A DNA stretch of 38,536 nt from Armatimonadota bacterium (GTDB lineage: Bacteria; Vulcanimicrobiota; JACPDS01; JBDRKI01), in NCBI GenBank assembly GCA_043814095.1, contig JBDRKI010000119.1:1-38536 (forward strand). The letters run 5' to 3'. The position numbers were made by a program, and so were the translations under genes. Under the pieces are notes generated by a model. The model searched no databases, had not been told where the DNA came from, and saw only the letters and a program-made list of their open reading frames with translations. Each line of letters starts with the position of its first letter. Position 1 is the stretch's first letter. Positions 27,764 to 37,006 of this stretch are shown here, piece by piece.

Positions 27764-29653
27764 ATGGGAAAAGTAATAGGAATTGACCTGGGTACAACAA
27801 ATTCGGCAATGGCGATGATGGAGGGAGGAAAACCGGTTATAATACCCAATTCCGAGGGAAACCGCACAACTCCTTCGGTGGTGGGTTTTTCTAAAACAGG
27901 CGAGCGCCTTGTGGGAGAGCTTGCGAAAAGACAGGCTATTTCCAATCCGGATAACACCATAGTATCCATTAAAAGAGAGATGGGTACCGATTATAAGGTG
28001 CATGTAGGCGATAAAACCTATACCCCGCAGGAGATGTCGGCAATGATACTACAGAAGCTAAAAGCCGATGCGGAAAGATATCTGGGTACGGAAGTAAAGC
28101 AGGCGGTTATAACAGTACCCGCTTATTTTGATGACGCACAGAGGCAGGCTACCAAAGACGCGGGAGCCATAGCGGGGCTTGAAGTTTTAAGAATCGTAAA
28201 TGAGCCCACGGCGTCATCTCTTGCGTACGGGCTGGATAAGCAGGATAAAATGCTTACCGTTCTTGTGTTTGACTTGGGCGGAGGTACTTTTGACGTATCC
28301 ATATTAGAGATAGGCGGTGGCGTGTTTGAAGTAAAAGCCACAGCCGGAAATACGCGTCTTGGCGGCGATGACTGGGACAAAAGAGTTATGGAATATATCG
28401 CGGACGAGTTTAAAAAAGAACACGGTATAGACCTGCGTTCGGATAAAATGGCAATGCAGAGATTGAAAGACGCGTCCGAAAAAGCCAAAGTAGAGCTTTC
28501 AAACGTGGTGCAGACAAATATAAATCTACCCTTTATAACCGCGGATGCGGGAGGCCCGAAACATCTGGATATTAATCTTTCAAGAGCTAAATTTGAAGAG
28601 CTTACTTCTGATCTGGTTGATAAATGCAAAGCTCCTACAATGCAGGCAGTAAAAGACGCTAAATTAGAACCGAAGGATATTGACAGGATACTTCTTGTGG
28701 GTGGCTCAACAAGAATGCCCATGATAGTTGATTTTGTCAAAAAGACTTTTGATAAAGAACCTTCAAAAGACATCAATCCCGATGAATGCGTCGCGCTCGG
28801 TGCCGGTATTCAGGGAGCGATACTTGCCGGAGAAGTTAAAGACGTGGTTTTGGTAGATGTTACCCCCCTTACTTTAGGTATAGAAACTCTCGGCGGGGTA
28901 ATGACTAAATTAATCACCAGAAATACCGCGGTTCCGACTTCAAAGGCCGAAGTTTTCTCAACGGCAGGAGACTTTCAGACATCTGTTGAGATACATGTGC
29001 TCCAGGGCGAAAGAGAGATGGCCGGAGATAACAAAACCCTTGCTAAATTTGTGCTTGCGGATATACCGCCTGCGCCGCGCGGAATACCTCAGGTTGAGGT
29101 TACGTTTGATATAGATTCAAACGGCATATTAAATGTAACGGCAAAAGATAAAGCCACAGGAAAATCGCAGTCAGTTAAGGTTACGGCAACCACAAACCTT
29201 TCAAAAGACGATGTTGAGAGAATGGTAAAAGAATCCGAATCCCATGCGGAGGAAGATAAAAAGAAACGCGAGTTAATCGAGGAGAAAAACAGGGCTGACA
29301 GCGTTATCTATACGGCGGAAAAGACATTAAAAGAAACAGGCGATAAAGCTGATCCTGCGCTTAAGAAAAAGGTTGAGGATGAGATATCCTCTTTAAAGAA
29401 AGTTCTTGAAACTGGTGAAGTTCAGGGCATAAAATCAGGGGTTGAATCTCTGACAAAGGTGATGTATGAGCTTACTTCAGCCGTATATGCTAAGACCGGT
29501 GCAGGAGCACAGGGAGGGCCCGGTCCTGAGAGCGGACCAAGTTCGGGAGGAGCATCTTCTGCAGATCCTTTTGGCGGGCAGGCGCCTGGCCAGCAGGAAA
29601 AGCAGGATGAGAATGTGGTAGATGCCGAATTTAAGGTGGAAGAAGATAAATAA
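27764..29653 (+). CDS. dnaK: Chaperone DnaK
   Basis: [34 protein letters not shown] tail. Confidence 0.99.
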   Translation: MGKVIGIDLGTTNSAMAMMEGGKPVIIPNSEGNRTTPSVVGFSKTGERLVGELAKRQAISNPDNTIVSIKREMGTDYKVHVGDKTYTPQEMSAMILQKLKADAERYLGTEVKQAVITVPAYFDDAQRQATKDAGAIAGLEVLRIVNEPTASSLAYGLDKQDKMLTVLVFDLGGGTFDVSILEIGGGVFEVKATAGNTRLGGDDWDKRVMEYIADEFKKEHGIDLRSDKMAMQRLKDASEKAKVELSNVVQTNINLPFITADAGGPKHLDINLSRAKFEELTSDLVDKCKAPTMQAVKDAKLEPKDIDRILLVGGSTRMPMIVDFVKKTFDKEPSKDINPDECVALGAGIQGAILAGEVKDVVLVDVTPLTLGIETLGGVMTKLITRNTAVPTSKAEVFSTAGDFQTSVEIHVLQGEREMAGDNKTLAKFVLADIPPAPRGIPQVEVTFDIDSNGILNVTAKDKATGKSQSVKVTATTNLSKDDVERMVKESESHAEEDKKKRELIEEKNRADSVIYTAEKTLKETGDKADPALKKKVEDEISSLKKVLETGEVQGIKSGVESLTKVMYELTSAVYAKTGAGAQGGPGPESGPSSGGASSADPFGGQAPGQQEKQDENVVDAEFKVEEDK

Positions 29654-29665
29654 TAGGTTTAGAGC

Positions 29666-29710
29666 GCAAGGGGCAGATTGAACATCTGCCCCTTGTAGTA
29701 TTTTCTTTTT
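29666..29710 (+). terminator. Hairpin/terminator between dnaK and dnaJ
   Basis: GCAAGGGGCAGAT-N5-ATCTGCCCCTTGT followed by a T-rich tract. Confidence 0.7.
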
Positions 29711-29747
29711 TAGAAAAAGTGAGAATAGTTTTAGCGGGAATAATTGT

Positions 29748-30791
29748 ATGGAATATAAAGATTATTATAAAATACTGGGTGTTGATAAAAATGCCTCTGA
29801 AAAAGATATTAAGATGGCTTACAGAAAACTCGCGAGAAAGTACCATCCTGATGTAAATCCCAACGATAAAAGCGCAGAGAGCAAGTTTAAAGAAATAAAT
29901 GAAGCTTATGAAGTGCTTTCCGATAAAGAAAAAAGAGGAAAGTATGACACATTGGGGTCTAACTGGAATAAATATTATACAGATTATGGCGGCCAGCAAG
30001 GCGGCTCTCCCGGCGGCGGTTTCAGATCTGTTCATTTTGATTTAAACGATCTTTTCGGCGGCGCACAGGGCAGTGCTCAGGGCGGAGATTTTTCCGATTT
30101 TTTCAATGTGTTTTTCGGGCAGGGTTCTGAATCAAGAGATTTTGACTGGTTTCAGACAAAGACGCGCCATACAAAAGCAAGAGATCTAAATTATATTCTT
30201 GAGATAGACCTAGAAGATTCATTTAACGGGGCTGCTAAAAGAGTCAAGCTCCAGAAGGAAGAGCCTTGTACTTACTGCGGCGGCCGCGGCAGAACCGGAA
30301 GGTCATACTGTCAGCATTGCGGGGGTTCGGGCGTTACCGCTAAACCTGTTAATATTGAAGTTAAAATTCCCAAAGGCGTCCGTTCCGGTTCCAAAATAAG
30401 GTTAAGCGGAGCGGGCACAGAAGAAGGCGGTGCAAAGGGCGATCTTTATCTGGAGATAAGGATAAGGCCCGGCAGGTTTTTTGCCGTTGACGGGGCGAAT
30501 TTAAGGTGTGAGGTCCCGGTAACTCCTCAGGAAGCGGCGCTCGGTTCAAAGATATATATACCCACATTCAACGGCAAGCTTGCCGTTACGGTTCCTAAAA
30601 ATTCTAAAATAGGCGGCACCCTGCGTTTAAAAGGTATGGGTCTGCCCGCATTTAAGAATGAACCTGCGGGTGATCTTTATGTTAAGTTAAAGATAGTGAT
30701 ACCCGAGAACTTATCTGATAAAGAGATATCCCTGTATGAAGAGCTTTTGAAACTGCAGACTTCTGATCCCAGGAGCGGTATAAGAATTTAA
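29748..30791 (+). CDS. dnaJ: DnaJ/CbpA-family co-chaperone with reduced Zn finger
   Basis: J domain with HPD, G/F region, two CxxCxGxG repeats, GDLY C-terminal domains. Confidence 0.88.
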   Translation: MEYKDYYKILGVDKNASEKDIKMAYRKLARKYHPDVNPNDKSAESKFKEINEAYEVLSDKEKRGKYDTLGSNWNKYYTDYGGQQGGSPGGGFRSVHFDLNDLFGGAQGSAQGGDFSDFFNVFFGQGSESRDFDWFQTKTRHTKARDLNYILEIDLEDSFNGAAKRVKLQKEEPCTYCGGRGRTGRSYCQHCGGSGVTAKPVNIEVKIPKGVRSGSKIRLSGAGTEEGGAKGDLYLEIRIRPGRFFAVDGANLRCEVPVTPQEAALGSKIYIPTFNGKLAVTVPKNSKIGGTLRLKGMGLPAFKNEPAGDLYVKLKIVIPENLSDKEISLYEELLKLQTSDPRSGIRI

Positions 30792-30809
30792 AATCCGGGA
30801 GTGTTTGTT

Positions 30810-31142
30810 ATGTCAAAAAAAGAAAAATATAATGAATATGAGGTCACATATTTAATAAGTAAAGTATCTGAGATGGTTAATATGCACCCCCAGACTATAA
30901 GATATTATGAAGAAATAGGGCTGGTTAAACCTGAAAGGACTAAAGGAAATGTCCGTATCTATACAAGGTATGACATTGAGACCTTAAACCAGATTTCCAC
31001 ATATACAAACATGGGGGTAAACCTGGCGGGAGTAGAGATAATATTTAAACTGCTTGACCAGGTGGAACAGATGAAAAAAGATATAGAAGAATACAGGAAG
31101 CATTTTGCCATACAGTTGAAGAAAGATATTGAGGAATTTTAA
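30810..31142 (+). CDS. hspR: MerR-family heat-shock repressor HspR
   Basis: YLISKVSEMVNMHPQTIRYYE..GLVKPERT.GN.R.Y and GVNLAGV; follows dnaJ; start is GTG 30801 or ATG 30810. Confidence 0.88.
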   Translation: MSKKEKYNEYEVTYLISKVSEMVNMHPQTIRYYEEIGLVKPERTKGNVRIYTRYDIETLNQISTYTNMGVNLAGVEIIFKLLDQVEQMKKDIEEYRKHFAIQLKKDIEEF

Positions 31143-31147
31143 ATTAT

Positions 31148-31795
31148 TTATTTGTTCTTTAAATTTTCAACCGCTTTTTTATAATCCTTTGAGTTGAATA
31201 TATATGAAGCGGATACAAGGATATCGGCTCCTGCTTTTATTCCCTCGGGAGCTGTTTTATTATTGATCCCGCCATCAACCTCAAGGAGTATTTTTTTTCC
31301 TGATTTGTCTATAAGCTCTCTTGTTTTATGGATTTTTTGAAGCACTTCCGGTTTGAATTTCTGCGCCGAGAAACCGGGCTGTACGGTCATTATCAGGATA
31401 AGGTCAACAAGGTTTATATAAGGTTTGATTTTATTTATGCTCGTTCCCGGGTTTATGCTCAACCCTGTTTTTATTTTTTTGCTTTTTATATACTCAAGAG
31501 TTTTTTTAATATGCGTGTCGGCTTCCGCGTGTATTGTTATAAGCTGTGAGCCTGCTTTTATACAGTCGTCTATTATTGACATAGGGCGCTCCACCATAAG
31601 GTGCGTGTCAAAGAAAAGTTTTGTCAGCGGTCTTAGGGTTTTTATTATCATGGGTCCGAAGGTAAGGTTCGGCACGAAATATCCGTCCATTATGTCAAAA
31701 TGGATCATATCCGCGCCGCTTTTATTTATCTTTTTTATCTCTGAAGCAAGATTAGAAAAATCAGCAGATAATATAGAAACACTTATTTTAGTCAT
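31148..31795 (-). CDS. rpe: Ribulose-phosphate 3-epimerase
   Basis: SILSADF, HFDIMDGYFVPNLTFG, DTHLM, MTVQPGF, EVDGGIN. Confidence 0.97.
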   Translation of the reverse strand: MTKISVSILSADFSNLASEIKKINKSGADMIHFDIMDGYFVPNLTFGPMIIKTLRPLTKLFFDTHLMVERPMSIIDDCIKAGSQLITIHAEADTHIKKTLEYIKSKKIKTGLSINPGTSINKIKPYINLVDLILIMTVQPGFSAQKFKPEVLQKIHKTRELIDKSGKKILLEVDGGINNKTAPEGIKAGADILVSASYIFNSKDYKKAVENLKNK

Positions 31796-31932
31796 AAACA
31801 GTTACCTCCCGGGTAAAATTTTCTTTATTAATTAATTATTTCCTTTATTTGTATTATAAAACAATGTATTACTGGTTTAAAACAAAGGAAAACAGTTTAT
31901 ATCTGAAGAAATACCTTATATTATAATATATA

Positions 31933-33012
31933 ATGAGGAGTACCAAATTGCCTTTAATAGAAAGCTATCTGAAAGAAGCCATTGATTATAATGCTTCAGA
32001 CCTTCATTTATGCAGTGATTCGTCGCCCGCGATAAGGATATACGGCAAGCTGATTGATCTTCATAAAAATGTACTGCATCCAAGAGATGTGGCTGTAATT
32101 GTAAACGAGATTTTAACCTCCGAGCAGAAAGAATGCCTGGATAAACGCAAGGATATTGATTTCGCGTATGAAGTTTCATATAAACATAGAATATACAGGT
32201 TCAGGTGTCATGTTCTGGTTCAGAAATACGGTTTTGACTGCTACCTGCGCATAGTGCCCTGTGAGATAAAGTCGTTAAAAGAACTTAATCTTCCCGAAAA
32301 CTTTAAAGAAATTGTTAGGTATAAACAGGGACTTATTCTTGTTACCGGACCCGTGGGGAGCGGCAAAAGCACAACCCTTGCCGCATTGATTGACATAATA
32401 AATAAAGAGCGCGACTGCCACATAATAACAATTGAAGATCCTGTTGAGTATATCCATAAAAGCCGCAGGAGTCTTGTTACCCATAAAAATTTAAACATTG
32501 ATATTAAAGATTATTCTACGGCACTTCTTTCAGCCATGAGGGAAGACCCGGATGTTATCCTGGTGGGCGAGCTTAGAGATTCCAAATCAATACAGGCTGC
32601 CATATCCGCCGCGGAGACGGGGCATCTGGTTTTCGGGACACTGCATACCGCCAACAGCATCCAGACCGTAGAGCGCATCGTAAATACGTTTCCTCCCGTA
32701 CAGCGCCCTCTTATAAGGATTATGCTTTCCGAGACCTTAAAAGGGGTTGTATCCCAGGTTTTACTGCCAAGGACAGACGTAAAAGGTCTTATCCCCGCGG
32801 TTGAAGTTTTAGTGGGATGCCACCAGGTTTCAACCCTTATAAGAGATGAGAAGACTTACCAGATTCCGTCTGTAATGCAGACAAACAGACACCTTGGTAT
32901 GAGGACTCTGGATTACTCACTGGCTGAGCTCATAAAAGAAAAGAAAATTTCAAAACAGGATGCGTACGCTTATGCAACCGATAAAGAAGCCATTGACGGT
33001 TATATAAAGTAA
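31933..33012 (+). CDS. pilT: Type IV pilus retraction ATPase PilT-family, copy 1
   Basis: ASDLHL, GPVGSGKSTT, TIEDPVEY, REDPDVILVGELRD, AETGHLVFGTLHT, VSTLIRD (AIRNLIRE-like). Confidence 0.88.
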   Translation: MRSTKLPLIESYLKEAIDYNASDLHLCSDSSPAIRIYGKLIDLHKNVLHPRDVAVIVNEILTSEQKECLDKRKDIDFAYEVSYKHRIYRFRCHVLVQKYGFDCYLRIVPCEIKSLKELNLPENFKEIVRYKQGLILVTGPVGSGKSTTLAALIDIINKERDCHIITIEDPVEYIHKSRRSLVTHKNLNIDIKDYSTALLSAMREDPDVILVGELRDSKSIQAAISAAETGHLVFGTLHTANSIQTVERIVNTFPPVQRPLIRIMLSETLKGVVSQVLLPRTDVKGLIPAVEVLVGCHQVSTLIRDEKTYQIPSVMQTNRHLGMRTLDYSLAELIKEKKISKQDAYAYATDKEAIDGYIK

Positions 33013-33022
33013 GGATGATATT

Positions 33023-34210
33023 ATGAAAGATAAGAAAAAGAACGGTTTTATGAATTTTGATGATTTTATAGCTGATTTTGGAAAAAGTGCCGCAAAAGAT
33101 GATAAAACTAAAGACAGCCCTGCCGCTGTTTCAGTTGATATAAAGAAAGATGTTAAGCTGTTTGAGCTGTTAAGCTATACCGCGGAAAGCGGGGCATCAG
33201 ACATTCATATAAATTCAGGGGAGAAGCCGGTAGTAAGAATTAACGGGGACTTAAAGTTTTTAAATTACCAGGTTTTCACTAAAGAAGAACTGGGAAATCT
33301 TTTATCTCCTCTTCTTTTGTCAGAACATTTAAGCAGGCTTGGTGAAGACGGGTACGCGGATTTTACGTATGATGATATTAAACTCGGAAGGTTCAGGATT
33401 AATATATACAAGCATATAGGAGGGCTGGGCGCGTCTTTCAGGTATATACCAAGGGAGGTTCCTGAAATAGAAGATTTAAACATTCCTCTTGTTGTTAAAG
33501 ATATCGCCAAGCTGAGGAAGGGGCTGGTCCTTATTACCGGGCCTACGGGAAGCGGTAAAACCACGACCCTGGCCGCGATTATTAACGAAATAAATATGAC
33601 CCGGAAAAAACATATAATAACAATTGAAGATCCTCTTGAGTATTTGCATACAAATAACAGGAGCAGGATTACTCACAGGGAGATAGGAGAGCACGCGAAT
33701 GATTTTTCCGAAGCGATAGTTTCGGCGTTAAGGTCTGATCCCGATGTGTTGATGATAGGCGAGATGAGAGACTTAGAGACCATATCTCAGGCCCTGCGCG
33801 CTTCGGAAACAGGCGTTCTTGTTCTGGCCACACTGCATACAAACAGCGCGAGCAAGGCAATTGACAGGATTATTAATGTTTTTCCGGCGGATCAACAGTC
33901 CCAGATAAGATTAATCTTATCTGAAACTTTATGCGCCGTAATATCCCAGCAGCTTATAAAAAGAACTGACACGGATTTCAGGATTCCCGCAACGGAAATA
34001 CTGCTTGGTTGTTCGGGTTTATCAAATCTGGTAAGAGACGGTAAAACTTTCTATATAAATTCCATGATACAGACAGGAAGGAACGTGGGCATGCAGAGCA
34101 TGGATTATGATCTTTTCCGGCTTTACAAAGAAGGAAAAATATCGTTAAATGATGCCAGGGCCCATGCGGCGGATTTAAAATACTTTAATCAGTTAGAAGG
34201 TGCAAAATAA
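33023..34210 (+). CDS. Type IV pilus retraction ATPase PilT/PilU-family, copy 2, with an N-terminal extension
   Basis: ASDIHI, RFRINIY, GPTGSGKTTT, RSDPDVLMIGEMRD, ATLHT, LSNLVRD. Confidence 0.88.
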   Translation: MKDKKKNGFMNFDDFIADFGKSAAKDDKTKDSPAAVSVDIKKDVKLFELLSYTAESGASDIHINSGEKPVVRINGDLKFLNYQVFTKEELGNLLSPLLLSEHLSRLGEDGYADFTYDDIKLGRFRINIYKHIGGLGASFRYIPREVPEIEDLNIPLVVKDIAKLRKGLVLITGPTGSGKTTTLAAIINEINMTRKKHIITIEDPLEYLHTNNRSRITHREIGEHANDFSEAIVSALRSDPDVLMIGEMRDLETISQALRASETGVLVLATLHTNSASKAIDRIINVFPADQQSQIRLILSETLCAVISQQLIKRTDTDFRIPATEILLGCSGLSNLVRDGKTFYINSMIQTGRNVGMQSMDYDLFRLYKEGKISLNDARAHAADLKYFNQLEGAK

Positions 34211-35235
34211 TGGAAATAATATCAACAGCTTCAACAAGAATAGATCTTGCGGGCGGCACCCTTGATATATATCCTTTGTACGTTTTTGAAAACAGGGCGG
34301 TAACGGTTAATATCGCCATTGACTTGAAAAGCCAGGTGAAGATTAATTTAAGAGATGATGACAGGATAACTATTTTTTCTGAAGACAATGATAAAAAAGT
34401 AGAAGTGGAAAATGTGAATGACCTTAAAAACGGCCATGATCTTGATCTTATTGTCAGAACCGTTAAGTTCTATAATCCCGGGATAGGCATGGATATAACG
34501 ACTAAAAGCGTTGTTCCCAACGGTTCCGGGCTTGGAGCTTCTTCTTCAATTCTTATGGCATTGAGTTCCGCTTTAAATATGATCGTGCAGAAGACAACCG
34601 ATAACAACGATATAATTAACTGGGGCGCCAATCTTGAAGCCCAGACTATAGCCGTCCCGACCGGCAAGCAGGATTACTATGCCGCCATATACGGCGGGAT
34701 TAATGTTATATGGTTTGATGTCTCCGGTATAAGGCTGGAGCCGGTAACTCTTTCAAAAGACAATCTTAAGCTTCTCAAGGAGTCATTGATTTTATCTTAT
34801 ACGGGGATATCGCATTTTTCCGGGAACCATAACTGGGATATGATGAAATTATATATAGATAAAAACAAAAAGACACATGAGAGCATGAAAAGAATTAAAG
34901 ATATATCATTCAAGATGAGGGATGCTCTCATATGCTTTGACATTGAGAAAATAGCTTATGTTCTTAATCTTGAATGGCAGAACAGAAAAAACCTTGCAAA
35001 GGGAATAACCAACAGAAGAATAGACATGCTTATGCAGAAAGCCCATAAAGCGGGAGCCATGGCAAGCAAGATATGCGGCGCCGGCGGCGGCGGATGCATG
35101 ATAAGCGTAGCTGACCCGTATAAAAGGGCGGAAGTTATTGATGCTCTTGAAGAAAACGGGGCTAAAGTTATGGATTTTAATATTGATTTTGAAGGACTGA
35201 AGATTAACAAACTACCCTTTGTAAATGCAGTTTAA
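34210..35235 (+). CDS. GHMP-family sugar kinase, D-glycero-alpha-D-manno-heptose 7-phosphate kinase (HddA)-like
   Basis: RIDLAGGTLD, PNGSGLGASS, GKQDYYAA, KICGAGGGG; TAATG overlap with the upstream gene. Confidence 0.85.
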   Translation: MEIISTASTRIDLAGGTLDIYPLYVFENRAVTVNIAIDLKSQVKINLRDDDRITIFSEDNDKKVEVENVNDLKNGHDLDLIVRTVKFYNPGIGMDITTKSVVPNGSGLGASSSILMALSSALNMIVQKTTDNNDIINWGANLEAQTIAVPTGKQDYYAAIYGGINVIWFDVSGIRLEPVTLSKDNLKLLKESLILSYTGISHFSGNHNWDMMKLYIDKNKKTHESMKRIKDISFKMRDALICFDIEKIAYVLNLEWQNRKNLAKGITNRRIDMLMQKAHKAGAMASKICGAGGGGCMISVADPYKRAEVIDALEENGAKVMDFNIDFEGLKINKLPFVNAV

Positions 35236-35257
35236 AATACCTGCTGTATATGCAAAT

Positions 35258-35293
35258 AAAAAAAAAGACCGTTCAAAACGAACAGCCTTTTTT
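35258..35293 (-). terminator. Intrinsic terminator that pairs fully only in the minus-strand transcript
   Basis: Minus strand AGGCTGTTC-GTTTT-GAACGGTCT-T8 (two G.U pairs); the plus-strand fold has two A/C mismatches. Confidence 0.65.
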
Positions 35294-35338
35294 AACACTA
35301 ATTAAAAATAAACATATTTATTAAACCTGCAGGCAGAT

Positions 35339-35887
35339 ATGAACGAAGAGATTGAAGTATTAAAAATAGTAACGGAACGATTAAATAAGGCGGGTTTTCC
35401 ATATATGATTTCAGGCTCAATGGCCGGAAATTATTATACCGTCCCGCGTATGACAAGAGATATAGATATAGTAATTGAACTACGGGATATTGATGTGGAT
35501 AAATTTGTCGGGCTTTTTAAAGATGATTTTTATACTGATAAAGAAATGATAAAAAAAGAAGTTTTGCGCAAAAGGATGTTTAATTTAATCCATAACCGTT
35601 ATATAATCAAGATAGATTTTATAATATTAAAAAAATCCATTTTTCAAAAACTCGCTTTCGGAAGAAGAAAAAAAATTCTAATAGAAAATAAACCTATGTG
35701 GTTTATAACCGCAGAGGATTTAATCCTGTCAAAATTGCTCTGGGCAAAAGCAAGTTTTTCGGAAACACAGTTAAAAGACATAGGAAATCTGTTTAAAACC
35801 GTAAAGGATATGGATAAAGACTACATTGAGCACTGGATAAAAAAGCTTGAATTATATGATGTGTATGAAAAGGTAGAAAAGAAATGA
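35339..35887 (+). CDS. Nucleotidyltransferase (Pol beta superfamily, AbiEii/DUF6036-like)
   Basis: GS.A..Y..PR.T.DID motif, KIDF, EDLILSKL, KD motif. Confidence 0.8.
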   Translation: MNEEIEVLKIVTERLNKAGFPYMISGSMAGNYYTVPRMTRDIDIVIELRDIDVDKFVGLFKDDFYTDKEMIKKEVLRKRMFNLIHNRYIIKIDFIILKKSIFQKLAFGRRKKILIENKPMWFITAEDLILSKLLWAKASFSETQLKDIGNLFKTVKDMDKDYIEHWIKKLELYDVYEKVEKK

Positions 35888-36129
35888 AAGATACAAATCC
35901 TAAAATAAATGAAAAATTTATTAATCTCATCATGGAAAAAACTCCCGCAGAAAGGCTGATTATGGGGTGCTCCATGTTTGATGCTGCCAAGCAGATAGTA
36001 ATAAGCGCGATTAAAGAAGCTCATCCCGGAATATCGGATTTAAGAATGAAAGAAGAAATTTTTATGCGGTTTTACGGGACAGATTTCAGCGCCCTGTCAG
36101 TAAAAAAGATATTAAAATCCTTCAAGTAA
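35884..36129 (+). CDS. Small hypothetical partner protein (81 aa)
   Basis: ATGA overlap with the nucleotidyltransferase; helical-looking TPAERL.MG.SMFDAA segment. Confidence 0.75.
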   Translation: MKDTNPKINEKFINLIMEKTPAERLIMGCSMFDAAKQIVISAIKEAHPGISDLRMKEEIFMRFYGTDFSALSVKKILKSFK

Positions 36130-36130
36130 T

Positions 36131-36163
36131 AACCCCTTAAATTATCACATAATTTAAGGGGTT
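36131..36163. terminator. Bidirectional terminator hairpin
   Basis: 15-bp perfect arms AACCCCTTAAATTAT / ATAATTTAAGGGGTT between convergent genes. Confidence 0.75.
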
Positions 36164-36193
36164 TATTGTTATTGCTTTATAAAACGGTTCTTA

Positions 36194-36955
36194 TCAGTAT
36201 CCCCTGTGTGCGGGAGCGTTGGTAGGATTGCTCGGGTTAAATAAAGGAGGGGGCATGACCGGATGGAGTTCTGTACTGGTGTCTAATGACTGTCCGGGAT
36301 GGGTGAGGGCTGAATCGTCTACTTCCGGTGTTATGGGTCCTCCTTTGGGGAATGTAAATGTCGCGGGATTAATTGTTATTGTTCCTTTTGCGTCAATAGA
36401 AGCTGTCTGGCCCTGTTCTATAAGGTATCTTTCCGTGGCTGAAGTAACCAAAACCGCATCTGAAAATACCGCTAAATTGGTATCTGTGGGAACCTGTGCG
36501 CCGGGTACTCCATATTCGGCGTAAAATTCCGTGCCGCGCGCTGCCAGTACCGCGTTAGGTGTTGTAATTTCAAATGTGGACTTGCCTGTCAGGAATTTAG
36601 TGACAAAGACACGGATCATTCCCTTGTCCAGCTTCATTTTACTTATTCTTTCATTGTCGGTCACATTGTACTGCGACATCTCAACCGTTGTATTTGACCC
36701 TATAAGGGTTATGCTGCCGTCCGATAATTCAATTTTACCGTATGAATCATCGCCTGTACGCGCCTTATCTCCGTCTTTAAGCATTCTTGACTGCCATATT
36801 TTATCCCAGGTATCTGTACCCTGCTTCTGGCTTTCCACATCTCCTTTGAGCCTTACCACAAGCTTCCATGCGGAAGACGCGGCAAACGCCGTGGATACTA
36901 CAACGGATGTGATGATAAGGATGCTTAAAATAGTTAAAACAGTCTTTTTATTCAT
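36194..36955 (-). CDS. Secreted FecR-domain protein with Pro/Thr-rich tail
   Basis: Signal peptide ending AFA; GD..RTG, L.DGS, FEITTPNAVLAARGTEF motifs; GGAGG SD. Confidence 0.85.
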   Translation of the reverse strand: MNKKTVLTILSILIITSVVVSTAFAASSAWKLVVRLKGDVESQKQGTDTWDKIWQSRMLKDGDKARTGDDSYGKIELSDGSITLIGSNTTVEMSQYNVTDNERISKMKLDKGMIRVFVTKFLTGKSTFEITTPNAVLAARGTEFYAEYGVPGAQVPTDTNLAVFSDAVLVTSATERYLIEQGQTASIDAKGTITINPATFTFPKGGPITPEVDDSALTHPGQSLDTSTELHPVMPPPLFNPSNPTNAPAHRGY

Positions 36956-37006
36956 AATTTTCCTCCCGGTTTAGGATTATGAATACTAGATTCTAAAAAA
37001 CTTAAT

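Noticed and set aside
28123-28776. Long antisense ORF in dnaK and similar shadow ORFs (796..1140, 2958..3386, 4725..5162, 9986..10393, 12724..13137, 18946..19440, 25043..25561, 36531..36974)
   Set aside because: They lie opposite well-supported genes, lack SD and recognisable motifs, and are expected from codon bias.
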